From: Antedon mediterranea
Lineage: Eukaryota > Animalia > Echinodermata
Reading direction: 5' to 3'
Assembly: GCF_964355755.1 (NCBI RefSeq)
Contig: NC_092672.1
Span: 17,993,237 to 18,057,236 of the forward strand
Length of the DNA: 64,000 nt
Shown here piece after piece: positions 24,201 through 39,200 of the stretch. The translations under genes and the position numbers were made by a program. The notes under the pieces were generated by a model that was not told where the DNA came from, did not search any database, and saw only the letters and a program-made list of their open reading frames with translations. Positions within the stretch are counted from its first letter, which is position 1, and each line of letters starts with the position of its first letter.

Positions 24201-27200
24201 ATATAATGAAAAGCCTTTTGATATGAAACAGGCGTAATTTAACGTTGTGGATTATTATATTGTTTCATTCTACTGTAAGTATATTTATGTGCATTTTAAT
24301 AATCAATTTTAGCTGATGAAAGTAAAGAAGAAATATTTGTAGGTGTTAATGCTGATCTAGAAACTGAAAACAAATGCCTAAAAACACTTGTCTCAGAGCT
24401 GCAAGCAAAACATCATACTACAACACTTAAGGTATTTATATTAATATTTATGTGATACTAGATACTAGAATGACTTTGCTTGAACCAAATTTAATACACA
24501 TACTTTGAACAACAAATTGTGTTATGAAATACTGTTACATTTCTGTGCTTTTGAAAATAATATTTAATTATGTAGGATAAAGAGGAACTTGGCTAAACCT
24601 AATACTGTATATGGATAAATTAAATTATGATAGTATAATTTTACTGATTAATAAACAGTTCACAGAGAAGACAGATCAGCTCCTTTTAGCAGAGAATAGA
24701 TTAGCAGAACTGACAAACATAATGGAAGATGTACAATATGATGTAGAAAAGGCTAAACTAAGAGCATTTAAATTAGAACAACTCCTTGAGGAGAGCTATA
24801 CAAAGCTTAAAAATAGGGCTTTGGCCACATCTGGTGAATATGCAAATACACAGGTAAGGCTTATCTTACTTTACTATTTCTTAAATAGACCAGTGCCCAG
24901 AGAATTTATTCAATGTGAAAAGCCACAGCAGGTTTGATGGGCTGATTATGTAGATATATGGATAAGATTCAATAATCAATATTGCTGCCGGGTATCCTGT
25001 AAATTTTCCATGCGGACACCAAATTTAATCATGTGAAAAGCCACACGGATAAAAGTTGTTCCTATGTGTGTATACAATGTTAAAACAGTAATGACAGCAA
25101 CTTTATCCTGTAAGTTGCCTGAGACAGTAGCCCCAGTGACCACTTAAAAATGGTGTTATTCATGTCAAGAGCCACACAGCTAATTCCTTTTACATTGTAA
25201 CTTATGCACATTGCACAAAAATACAGTTTCCCAAGACAGTAGCCCAAAAATGCCCCTTGGGCCATACAAGATTTAATCATGTGAAAAACCACACAGCAAA
25301 TTCCTTTTACATTGGTGTATACGAAAATACCATTGACAGTAACTTTATCCTGTTGCCCCAGGGTACAGTAGCCCAAAAATTGCCTGTTGGGTGCTACAAG
25401 ATTTAATCATGTGAAGAGCCACATGACAAAATCCTTTTTACATTATAACTAGTACCCTTTGGGATATACGAAAGTACCATTGACAGCAACTTTATCATGT
25501 AAGTTGTCCCAGACAGTATTCCAAAAATTTCCGAATCACCCCCTACAAGATTTAATTATTTGAAGAGTAAAACGATTACTTTTGCATTGTAACTATTACC
25601 CGTGTCTTTGGGATATACAAAAATATCATTGACAGCAATGCCTCAAATTTCCGATTCCGGTCCACTAAATAGATTGAATGAATTCTTTTTCCTAATTGTT
25701 ACACATTGAGATATACGAACTTATAATAATTATCGTATAAATATATGGTAATTATGTGAAAACATACGGCATTAGATCTAACCCTACATGATACATTGTA
25801 TTAGAACTGTCACAGATTAACCCTAATATGGCCATCCTCCAAGATAAATCATTTAAAAAACATAGATGCCTAAATGATTTAATGTGTCGAATGATGACTA
25901 AATTCCATCGTTGTCTTGTTCTTGGTCCCATAATCATTCCATGGTTCGCTTACATAGTCTATGATATACTTCATAACTATCTGTATCAGAACCAAAATTT
26001 GACTACTAGGCTCGCATTTGCTTCATATAAGTTATCAGCACACCCGATTTTCAGTGCTGTATCATAGAAATATTTGGTAATATAGCATCTCATTTATATC
26101 ACATGTGGTGCCTGTATCATGTAAGGTTAGGTTAAGAGTTAAGTAATAGTTTAGATACATGTGAAACACATTTGATGTTGTATTACCAAATATTCCTATG
26201 ATACTTCGGAATTAGATACAGTACCGAAAATCATTAATATAACGTTTCCCAGCTCTTATTCTCCTGTCAATGTTTAGTGGTAGCGATGGTCCTTCAAGGC
26301 ACTTAGTGACCATCCCATCATTATAAATCCCAAATTCAACCGATGCGGCTCTGCGGTGTGTACTCACAGGAGGCAGTGAAATAGATATGAGGCATGGCAT
26401 CACTTTCTAACTCAGGAAATCTTCATTTTGAGGAAATCAAAAATGACACCGATTAGCTGGGCCTGGCCTAGCCCGCCGATCAACGCGACAAAACTCGCTA
26501 TTATCTCCTCAGTAACGTAGTATTATATTTTTTGTTATTTTTTTTTAATATATAGATAAAAATAAAGATTAAATTCCTAAATATTCACAAAATGTTGAAA
26601 TGAAATAATATGGTGGAAGCCATGCTGTTTCATCGTAAACAAAGCGTCAGCCAATCAGAGAGGGTAATGTTTCTCTATAGCCAATCACAGTCAAGGATTC
26701 ACAATTTTAGCAACCTGACACCTTAATAAAACCAATTTCCATTGGCTAGATTAACAAATATCCCTTTATAGGTTGTTTCAAATTATAGTAGCTGATATAT
26801 TTTCGGACAGATAGGTACCAAACATGACGTCATTCGGGTTAGCGGTTTGTTTACAAAAGCGCCGTAAAGAAAGTTGATTTTTCGTGAACAAAGTACAATT
26901 TCCTAATATATTTTCAATAGAAACGACTTAAATAATTGCAAAATACATGTACACATGTGATATTTTGACCAAGAGTTTGATATGTTAAAGATAAGTGTTT
27001 ATAGTATCTTTTTTTATTGAAAATGTTAAAATGGTTAGGTTATGCCGTTTTTCACATTCTGAACTTCAAGGCTAAATATCTCAAAAGTTCAGTTTGCGAC
27101 TCTGCGCCGCTTTTGTGATGCCAGGCCTCATTATGTAGTATTAAAGCTATGGCTAGATATAGTGCTAGAGGAATAACTAAAGCCATTTAGTAAAAGCACT

Positions 27201-30200
27201 ATTCTTTCGAATTGCATGTTATGCATGTTAAACCTAGACACTGACTAGTTTTAAAAAGATCAGTGCTTTTGAGTTATGATATCATAATTTATGAAAATAA
27301 ATTTCAGTATTCTACGGTATTAAAATGATAGGTTTAAAAAAAAGGCTATTATACATGGGCTATAGAAAAGATATTTTTGCATGGTAGACATCATGATTGA
27401 CCGGGGTAAAAATATTAATTTTATGATCAAAATACCATTTTAAACTGTTAAATAAATGTATGATATAAACTCGATCATAAATAACTGTTCTTTTGATATT
27501 TAAATTCTATCTCGAATATCCCATACTATCTTGAAAAGAAGCCCAGTGTGCTTCTTTTCAAGGTTTTATGTTGTAAAATTGGACAACATAGAATATATCA
27601 TCTAACTGAAGACCAACATGCATCATTGTATTTACAAGGAGTTGTCAGACATGGCTGACATATTATCGATATATTTTGCCAAGAAAAGATGTTTACCGTG
27701 CCTCATTTATGTCATGTAATTCCTTAAATCTGGTATATATACTGCAGTCTTTGGTATAGTCAGCATCTGCATTCTGCCTTCAAAGTTGCTGTTTTATTTT
27801 CAGAAATTGGATCTGTTTGGTGTCGATCATTTATGAGCCAACAACTTTTTATGACATATAATGTTTATCTTTTGAATACTGTTTCTAATGAGCATATAAC
27901 AAAGATATTCAATAATGTGCCAAGGATGAATAACCATCAGTTAAAGATACTGCGGAATTCAAAAGGAGTTGGTTATAAAGTAATTTTCAAAATTGCCATG
28001 ATCTATTAAATCTATTACTTTGCCATGATGATGAATTATATTGGAAGCAAGAATGGTGGAAGTATTTAGACGGCGCCAACTATTACATTCTATTATATAA
28101 TTTATTGTAAACTATACTTACATTATTGTATAAACTATTAATTTTGTAGGTTTTATAGCTTTGTTAATGTATTTTTCAACAGGCGCAAACGGCGTCTTGT
28201 AATTTCAGTCACGCTTCATCGCATTCGCTGTACACAATTATACGACATTAGGATAAATTGGGTATAAAAGTCTAATTTTCTCGTAATATCCCAAGTTTTG
28301 CAAGACGCAACATCAAGAAATGTTATTACCAATATACACGGGACCTACGGATGAAACCAGACCAGACTAAATAAGCATTTTTGGGCTACTGCCTGGGGCA
28401 ACTTTCAGGAAAAAGTTGCTTTCAATGGTATTTTTGTGCATCCCAATGTTACAATGTAAAAGGAATTAGCCGTGTGGCTCTTGTCATGAATAACACCATT
28501 TTTAAGTGGTCACTTCGGGCTACTGTTTCTGGAAACTTACAGGATAAAGTTACTGTCGTTGCTGTTTTACCATTGTATACACATTAGGACAATGTACAAC
28601 ATGATTAAATCCATTTTTTACCCATCCTATTTGGTGTCCATTTACAGGATATGACCCATCAGCAATATTGAATCCAAATATCTACATAATCAGCCTCTTG
28701 TGGCTTTTCACATGAATAAACTTTCCGGGCGCCCGATCTATAAACATACTTATATCTAAAAGAATTTTTAAAATTTTTTTTTAGTTACAATGGAAAATCG
28801 GGAGCTATTTTATCCAGGAAATTCCATTATTAAATAATGTAAATGTCAAGAAAAAATTCAATGATTGATTAAACTAATGCAAGAAAAGCAGTTTTTTTTA
28901 CCATTTGTTTATAACTACAATGAAGTGTTAATTTTATTCAAATTGATGTATTTATTGTATATTAGGTACAAGGTATTGTTAGTGAACTTGATGATCATAA
29001 GGATTTGGCTGATAAACGTCTAGTGGAACTCGATAAGCTTCAAGAACAACATCAAGAAAAGATTAAAGAGTTAGAACAAATGAAAATGAATGTAAATATA
29101 CAATGAATGTTTATGAGTTGCATAGGAAAATATTTTAATTAGTTGCTTTCAACGAATAAAAATATTTTTTTTTTTTTTAATATTAATTATTTGGTTTAAA
29201 GACTGGGCCACAAAAAAAAAAAAAACATCAGTTCTAATAGATTAGTTTTTCAGTGGATATTTTAGAGTTGTCCGGGACGATTCGGCCCACATTTAGACAA
29301 AACCAATGATTGTAAATTATAATGTTATACAGTTTTTTTGGTTTTTATCAAGTTTTCAAAGGTGTTTGAACTAAACAATTATGTATTTAAATGTAAATAA
29401 TTCTTCTGATACCATCGTTTTTACAAACGGTATCGTTATTTTTTCGACGGTTTATCATACCAAACACTATACTAATTAGTTTTCAGAGGTCTCCCATTTT
29501 TATTTAGTGTTATTTATAGCCTACAATTGATAAAACCTGGTCATCATTATTTTCTATCATCAATTAGATTAGTAGTATATAATCACACAATAATCAGAAA
29601 ATGTCTTCAGTATTTTGACTGTACAACTTTCTCATTTTAATTGAGAGTTTTTAATTATTTTTTTAATAGACATTGAATTATTGTCTTCTTTGATATTGTT
29701 ACTGTATGCCGATCAACCTGGTCATCGTTATTTTCTACTATCAATTTATAGTACAGTAGAGGCCTATCTCTCATTAATTGAGAGATTTTTATTTTTTTTA
29801 ATTGTTACGGTACTGTAGTTCCTGAGTGCCACTGATGTAAAAATGTCATTTTCCAAATTCAGTAAATTAACTATAGGCCCTACAGTATTTAATAAATCAT
29901 CAAATCGGTAGAAAATATTACATAAAACCCGTATAATAAAATGTTTTATTAATTTAATATTAATCAAACTTTGATACAAAACACATTTCTGCCCTAAACA
30001 GCGCCTACTCTAAAACACGATTGAATGGCAGAATATTAATCAATTATATTGCTATATTTATTATTATTTATTCAACTTGTGAAGGAGTCTTATGAAAACG
30101 TCTACGAAGATAGGGCATCCACTTGTCTTGACCCACTACTCATTCTCCTCTATAAATGAATAGGCCTAAAGAAAAAAAAAATATATATGTTATTTAAACA

Positions 30201-33200
30201 TTAATTAAAATTCTTGTCAATGGCAATGAATTTGAGCGGGCCGAATCGCCCCGGACTGAATCGTCTCAGTGTAGAATTATCCCGCTACCATCTACTATAG
30301 ATATACATCCAAAGGCAAATTACTTTTGTATCAATTTTGATGTGACTTTGCTGTAATCCTGGAGGGTACTTTGGATAACTGCAAATTTGTTCGGCTGTTT
30401 TACCGCTGAGAATATGTATATAGTACAGTAATGTAGACATTTGTTGCAGCCAGACATAAGATCAAAGGACTATCTTGGCAAGGCGAGCTCAGTGTCCTGT
30501 TAGATTGCCCTAATGTGATTGGTAATAAACAGGAGATTCAAGAAAGTTTACTATTTTTGAAAGATATTTGCTTATTTGTTTTTGAATAGAATTTGAATAG
30601 ACACATCTCTGTGACATACCAACAATTATGTTTCCTGCAGTAGTGCATGTGATAAAACTGGTTAAGACTTATATACAGTACATAACATTTCTTTCTGTTA
30701 TATACAGCTTCAGCATATTCCAGAATCTGTCCTTGTAGATACAGCACCTTACAAGTGTCTTCAATCTCAATTTACAGTGCTTCATAAAGAAGCACAAGAC
30801 ATGAGAACGCAATTAGAAGAATCCAGAAACCTGTTGACCACAACTAAAAATGCTCACTTTAGACAAATTGAACAAATGGAGGTAGGTTTTATTCACACAG
30901 AAGAATTGTTGCACTATTACTTAGTATAAAATGCTTTTGTATATAAGTTCCTTTTATTTTTATTCCTAATTTAGAGTGATGAACTGGCATGTCAAAAGAA
31001 ACTAAGGTTGGAGGTCATCCAATTGGAAGACACATTGTCTCAAGTTCGCAAGGAGTATGAAATGCTCAGAATTGAATTTGAGCAAAATCTAGCAGCCAAT
31101 GAACAAGCTGGTAAGGTCAATTGTCTTCAGTTCAATTGAATTAAATATGGTAGTGAGAGAAACTATTTTGCAGTAAATGAAGCATGGGATATGTTTTTTA
31201 CAGTTGAATATATCTTCTCCCTGAACACTCCATAGTCTGTAGCCATTTTAAAGCATTATTTTGCTATATCATACAATAAAAGACATGAAAATAGATTTGT
31301 AACAAAGCAAATTATGTACTTTTTAATTTTCATTTTTTAGTATATTTTATGTTTTAATATATTTTTCTGTGAAATTATTTATATATCATCAGATACATTA
31401 AAACTAAATTTTTTTTTTAATTAAAAATGTAAGCATTCTTATTTCACATGGCAGGTCCAATAAACAGAGAGCTTCGACATCTGGTTTCCAGCTTTCAAAA
31501 TCACAACCAACAGCTAAAAGGGGAGATCAACAGGTACAAACGCAAACTTAGAGAGGCTCATCTGGAAATAAATAAGGTAAGAACACTATTAGCTTTTTAT
31601 CTGTATATCAAATTTAACATCATTTCCAAAACAAAAACCTACCCATGTATTCTACATTAAAAAACACAAACCATCATTTGATAATTGAGAAACCTAAACC
31701 ATGATTTTATAGTATAATATTACCTTCAGTACACACACACTTAAAGATTAGGCCTAAAAAGGATTGCACAATCACAGCATCAATGGATATTTAACTTTCT
31801 ATTTTATTTTTTTGGTCAGGCATACATGTTTCATTTATGTCATACAAGCAGAATAAATTTAACATACACAAATCTATTATCTCTGAAAGGAAATACTATG
31901 ATTTAAAATCTACCACTTATTTCTGATCAGAGATTAAACGATGGTGATGGGAGGAAAATATTAGATAAATCAAAATTTTGCATTCTCCTTCAGTATTCTG
32001 TTTTCCTAAACTGTTCTTTATCATTTAAAAATGCTTCTTCTGTACATACACAATTTCTACTTTTCACAGAAAAAAAAACATATCTGTATAAGCATAAATG
32101 TAGTGACTTAAAAATAGATTTACAGCATAGCATACTCTATGCATGTTATCAATATCTGAACTGTTTACTACAGTAGGATGACGTTGCAGGGTACATAATA
32201 TATTGTCCTAATTTTAAGGATGCTACAGTATAGGATTTTATGAACATTATACAGTGTACATTAAATACATTTGTATATTAATTGCAAAGAGTTACACTAC
32301 AGTAGCATCACTGTATAACATCTAAATGCATAAATTAAAATGTTGTCTGATGATTGTGTAACCCATTTCATTTACAGCTTAAACATGATTTTGGAAATTA
32401 CAAGGTAAGATAGATTGTACAAAATCACACACTATTTTCTAATGTTTGCTATTTTCTATTATATTCTATTTTATCATTTATTTGTTTCTTGGTGTTTTTC
32501 TTTAACTTATTACTCAGTTTTGACAAAAGTACTTTTTGATTAATAACAATTTAAAAAATGTATGCTTTTAGTAATACTTGCATTCATCTCTAACCTGTAA
32601 GAAAAGGGAGTCTATAATATGATAATTTAACTACATTCTAATTTAATTATGTCTCGAACTAAGTAAGTAAGTAATTTAATTAATTAACAGCTTTATTTGT
32701 ATAGTCGGGCAGCATTTGTATTTTACTTCATATATTTAGCCAAGTTTGATTTTTCACTTTTAAGTGATCAAGGACATCACAACGAACAACTTCCAACTTG
32801 TTGTCCAAATTCTAAACGCATTTTTCATTCGCTGGGGGCGCTTTTTCAAAATGGCCGCTTATGCTATCAAGTACATATATCTCGGCAACCACTAATCGTA
32901 GAGACTTGGTTTTAATCTTAAAATGTTCGTAAGGTACATATTTCCATTTACTCTAATGGAACATTTTTACCAGAAATGACTGAAAATGCCATTTCTGACC
33001 GTTTGACCTTTGACCTTCTATCATATCTCGGTAACTAATGGTCACACAGACTTAATATTCAAATTGTTTGCAGTATGCCATTTTATATTTATTTGTTTTA
33101 AAGCAAACAGAAATGCCATATCTGACCTCTTGCCCTAATGCATGTAATATCCACAACTGAGAGACTATAGATTTGTCTAGTATTGTTTATAACTTGTACC

Positions 33201-36200
33201 GGTACTTGTGGTTTTTGTTGATGATATCCCTTGTTCCAAAATCAATATTTCAAATCACCAATGGAACTGTTATAATAAATAAATACATACCATAAATATT
33301 GATGATAGTCAGATTACCCTCTCCAGTCAATAAAGTTCATCGATATCGTCTACTAGCTCTACATTCGAGTCCTTTGTATTCTCACATCCATCACCACACT
33401 CACATGCATCAGTACAGAGCAAGTTGTTTTTCTTACAACTACAGCGATTTGTTGAGCATGGACCATTGCAGGTACATCAACAAATTTCTAGAAGAGCTTC
33501 TGGTGCTGGTGGATTGTTGCAAAATACCGGCTTCAAGTGACCATCTTCTAGTTGCCAGGAGTAGTCTGGTGGAACAGATGGAGTTGGCTTGCATGATGAA
33601 TTCCATACAATAGACATGTAGTATGCTCTTTCCACGTGTGGTCTAAGAGTTCCCATGGTTGGAGGTAATTGTTGTCCTTCCTTGCCTTTCTGTGCAAATA
33701 ACATCCATCTCAAGTCTGTGACATAATCTGCCTTGATCTTAAAAGTACTGTATAATATGCAAACATATTTTTCCATTTTGGTATTTCAGAGGTCAGTCCA
33801 TATACAGCAAATGCATCTAGTATTTTATCGTCACATTTCATAAGTGCTTTGAAATGGGCGGACACTCCTTTTCCAGCAAATGTACCTGTGTTATCTGTAC
33901 CTTTAAATGCGTACCATCCAATCAGTGCTGCTGATATTTGTTTTCCAAGTCGGTAATAGCATTCCCATATAGGTATTCTTTTTCCTCTTTTCCTACAAAA
34001 TGTGGTCATTGGAGGAAGTAGAGGATAGCTTCCTGTTAAACGGATAAAGACATCACTTTCTACAGAAAATATGTCAACATTGGCACTTGGGTCTTTGTTC
34101 ATACAATCAAAGGCATTCAATAAGACCAGTTGGTCCCCTTCTTCCAATGTGTGTTGTCCCCCTTCTTCCAATGTGTGTTGTCCGTGTGTCATCTCTGGCA
34201 TCATGATAATTTCTGAGAGATTGCAGTTTGCCATCATGGACGTGTGATGTGTTACTAGGACCTTCTTCGTGTTATTCTTGAAGTGATTAAGTATCTTCTC
34301 TGACAGGTATTTTGTAAGTTCAGCTTTGGTCTCTATGTGCGATAAAAATGTCTTAATGTTCAATCAATAATGTGTTACAAATATGGATGTTGTGTCGAAA
34401 AATGTTATCTATAACCAACATGTTGTGGATATCACACAGGTTATGGTCAAAGGTCAGATATGGTTTTTCCGGCCATCTTGAAACAAACCTTTGCATTAAA
34501 GCAAATAGAAACATGTATTTTCTGAACAATTTGGGATAAATATCAACTCTTTCTGACCAATAGTTATTGAGATATGATAAGATCAGGTCAAAGGTCAAAT
34601 GGTCAGAAATAGTATTTTCGGTCATTTTAGGGCAAAATGTTCCATTATAGTGAATAGAATTATATACCTTACGAACATTTTAAGACTAAAACCAAGTCTC
34701 TACGATTAGTGGTAGCCGAGATATAAGTACTTGATAGTATAGGCGGCCATTTTGAAAAAGCGCCCCCAGTGAATGAAAAATGTGTTTAGAATTTGGACAA
34801 CAAGTTGGAAGTTGTTTCCTGTGATGTCCTTGATCACTTAAAAGTGAAAAATCAAATTTGGCTAAATATATGAAGTAAAGTTAATATACTGTAGTGACAA
34901 ATGCTGCCTGACTAATATGTATTATGTATGTTTTATTAGCGAAGCGCTATATAGAGAAATATAAATTGTGGTATAAATTAATTTTATCATTATTTTACTT
35001 TGTAGATTTATTCTACTAAATATACCACAATCTGTTGAGTCCAAATTGTATAGCTTATGCCTAGGGACAAAAAATGTATGTTTTATGCTGAATGTACCTT
35101 TAATGGTACTTGTATAAATTAGCTACAATTCAATACTTGCAAATATTTTTATGGTATTTATGAGATTAAAGTGTTAATTTATGAAATTCAATATTTTCAC
35201 AAGTTAAATTTTTGTTTTGTTTCGTTCCTAGACCCCATGGTCTAAGACATTTATTCGTATTTAGGCCTTTGGCCCCTTTAAATAACAAAATAACATTTAG
35301 ACAACGAAAAGTAAATCACATCTTCTTGTATGCTAAATAATAATGTTGAGTTCAAGAGTTCACTATAGTGTCATTATTTTTGCATGCATTTCTTTTTCTG
35401 AAAATAAATTGCAATTTTCAATGGTGGTGATCCATTATGTAGCTCACCCACAGTAGAGTATTTGTACATTGTACAATACATAATAATGAAAGCAGTATTA
35501 AATGCTTGATTGTTACATTTTTGTGAAAGGGCAGAAAACACTGAATTTGAGCAAATCACTTATTTCTTTATTGTGGTAAAAAGGATCACTTTACTATAAT
35601 GTTTCTATTGTGCAAACCCATTGTGAGGTTTGTACTCAGTAATGGCATTGACCACTAAAATATTGGTAAGCTTAGCAGACTATCAGCAATGGTTTGCAGT
35701 GTCTTTCCTTAATACACCCAAGTAGATACGTAACCTAGTTAATTACAGTATATGAAAACAAATGCATTTTGTTATTCCCTGTGTTTTATTTTCTTTTGCT
35801 GCTCATTTCGCACCAATTCCATCTCCTCAAAATATGATTTTGATAAAGTAGTTATTATTATGCAAGTTTTGACACAGAGCAATATATAAGTTGTTCAATT
35901 TCTTTTTTTTTCTGTTTTTTTTTTTGCAATGTCTTAAACCAACTAATTATTATGGTAATTGCATACATTAATTTATATTTTGTAAATATTTTTTTTTTTC
36001 AGTTGAGACATGAAGCAAGTCGTAGGGAGAGTATACCGCACGGCCACAGCAGCAATAGCTCAGTCAGCGCTGGGTCAGAAAAGGGAGAAGGAAGCCAAGA
36101 GCAGGTGAACAAAAAGGAAGAGCACAATGTAGAAGAGAAAAAAGAAAAAGAGAAGGATAGGGATCGTGAAAAAATTAAAGAAATGGAAAAGAAAGATGCT

Positions 36201-39200
36201 AAGATAGACTCTGATATTATAAAGGATTTAAAGGCCCAGCTAAAGTAAGGAAAATGAAACAATCTATATAATATTCTAGTATGCCATATTCTAGTATGCC
36301 ATAATAATTATTGTTCCAAATTATTTGTTGTCATTCAGAAAGAAGAATTTAAGATCTCTTGTAAATAAGTCTTAATAAGATACGTAGCAAAGCAAACTTG
36401 CTAATATTTATAAAATAGGTCGTGTTAAAAGTTCTTCTTAAAAAAATGTAAACAGAAATAGAAGGTTGTTTCACAAAGACGGAAACTAAGTAAAAAAAAA
36501 ACATGTTTTGGGTTGTTGTAAAAAGATGAAAGTACCACAAAAAATGTTTCAAAAATTATAAAAAGTATAAATCATTTTATTTTTGTCTTAGAAAATCTCA
36601 AGAAAACCAAAAAGAGATGAAACTCCTACTTGACATGTACAAGGGTGCTCCTAAAGAACAACGAGAAAAGGCCATGGTAAATATAGTAGATGACTTCCAT
36701 CACCCTCAATTTTCTATGAATGACTATAAAACTATATTTGAACTTTGGATGAGTAAGGTTATCTGAGCAAATGCAACATGCACATATGTTGGAGCACAGA
36801 AAATAGATTATGCCAATTTAATTGGCATAATCTATTTTCTATAATATAAGTATGTCATATTGCTGAATTGTGCTATAAAAATCGACCCTAGATATGAATT
36901 ATATTTTTTCAGTTTTAATGGAAAATACCTTTTGCTTTTTAAGTATGATTAATCATGGAATTGCATAAAATCATGCATAAGTTGGGCGTGTGTCTAAAAA
37001 AAAGATTGATTAAATGGCTATATGCTGACCAAGTAATAAAATGCTCTGTTACAAGTTTTAGAAAAACACGACCAACAAAAATGGTAGAAAGAAAAGAAGA
37101 ATATTCCAAGAAAATAAGTAACAATCAAACTATGCATTTTCTCTTGATTAGTGACATGCATACTCCGCAATAAAATAACATTTTAAGTTTGGTATAGCAT
37201 CCAACAGGAGGATCACCTAATGTGATTAAGGTTTAACCTTCTTTCCAGCTTTTTAAACCAGAACCTCAAAGTTGTCTTTATCAGGAATAGAAAATGTACT
37301 TAAGATTTAAGTGTGATAGAACTCAAAAACTGCAAATGTTATCTATTTTTGTGTGTAATATCTAAAAATTGGCAACAATAGAAATTTGCATTTGCTAGGC
37401 TTATAATTGCTACTAAAGCTTACTAATATAATGTAGGTTCTCTTAATAGAGAAACTTTGAAAATGGCAAAGTTGCAAAATTTAAACAGTGGGTAACAATC
37501 AGAGGTAACAACAACTAGTGAGATTTAACAAAGGACCTAGGCTTGGATTGAACATGAAATTTGTTTAATTTGATGGTTACCGTGTTAAAAATCAGTTAGA
37601 AATCCTGTAATCAGTAGGTTAAAATAATTAATTATTTATTAGAAGAATGGATTAGGGCCCACTGTCTCTTTATAGGTTGAATTGTATGAGATGGTTGATT
37701 GTTGAGCCAGCTTAATTATTCATACTGTATAAAGGTAATATTTTATTGATGTTTGTGGCTATTTATAGCTTTTGGCTGCTGAGAAGAGAGCAAAGGTAGA
37801 GCTTGAAGAGATGAGGGCAAGGATCAAGCAATTAGAGGAACGAGATCAGAAAGAAACAAGACATCTTTCAAATGAAGATGCCATGCGCAAAATTCGCAAT
37901 ATGGATGAACTTGTTCACCAACTACAGAGGAAACTGGCTGACAGGAAACAGGTAATATAGATTTTAGCTTATTGTTTAGTATAGTTCAGTATCAGGGAAA
38001 CATTGCGTCATGTTTCAACTCTGTATTTATTACAATAGTGTGAGCTAAATTATAACATACTACAGGACTACTTTTACCAAACACAATAATCAGTTTAAAC
38101 ATTCTATTTTTTTTTTTTTTAATAACTATTATAACTTTTCTGAGTATTTTTACTGACCCTCATTATTGTATGATTTTGGCAGGAGGAAGAAGCATTGTTA
38201 TCTGAAATGGATGTTACAGGCCAAGCATTTGAAGACATGCAAGAACAGAATACAAGGCTACTTCAACAGTTACGAGAGAAAGATGATGCCAACTTCAAAT
38301 TAATGTCAGAGGTATATCATTTTAAATTAATTTAATTAAGCTTTATAATTTAAAATGAATTATGGAATGAACTCTGTAATTGTAACTTGGTGTTATTAAA
38401 ACCAACATAATAATAAATAAAACAACTGCACTTTGCATTAAATAATAATTTTAAAAAACTTATTATTATTATAATGCTCACATATATTTTTTGCACTCCT
38501 GAATAATATCAGTTTTGATCTTTTAAGTTTAAATTAATATCTGTTTATAGAGAATTAAATCTAACCAAATTCATAAGCTTCTTCGAGAAGAAAAAGATGT
38601 GTTGGCAGATCAAGTGAACACATTACAATCACAAGTAGATGCCCAGAACCAGGTAGTCAGAAAACTAGAAGAGAAAGAAAGAATCTTGCAAACAACCCTA
38701 GGTAGCATTGAGAAAGAGCTTACTTTAAGGCAAAATGCATCAGAAATGAATAGAAAAAAGGTTATTATTTCTTACTATATTTAATTACAATTCTCATACT
38801 CAATATGTGACACAATATTAATTAAATTAAAACTGAAAAAGGTGAGGAAGCCATTATGATTGACTATACTATCCAAATTAAATTGTTTGGAGTTTGTTTT
38901 ATATTACACATACATTAAATGTATTACTGAATCCTCTGGCTTCTTAATTTGAATTGGTTTACAATCGTAATTTGTATATTAATTAAAGCATCATTTGAAA
39001 TTTGAAGTTGTCAAATGTTCCAGTTGTTTGTATTTATCATTTTAGCAGCATTTGCTATGCTTACAATTTAATGGAAATCTTTAACCTTTTTATTAAAATT
39101 CCACATGTCATTAGGCCATGGAAAACTCACAGTCAACTGCAGATCTTAAATTGCAGTATGAGAAAATGTCAAAACAAGTTACTGACCTGCAAAAACTTGT

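Noticed and set aside
26458-27128. GGCCTGGC...GCCAGGCC as a nested MITE
   Set aside because: Only 8 bp of inverted match and no TSD, so it is not supportable.
33477-33479. In-frame TGA before the CXC domain as selenocysteine or readthrough
   Set aside because: It lies in a frameshifted transposon relic; CGA-to-TGA decay is simpler and no SECIS was seen.
35999-36262. Antisense S/F-rich ORF (also 21444-21707)
   Set aside because: Mirror frames of charged BRE1 exons.
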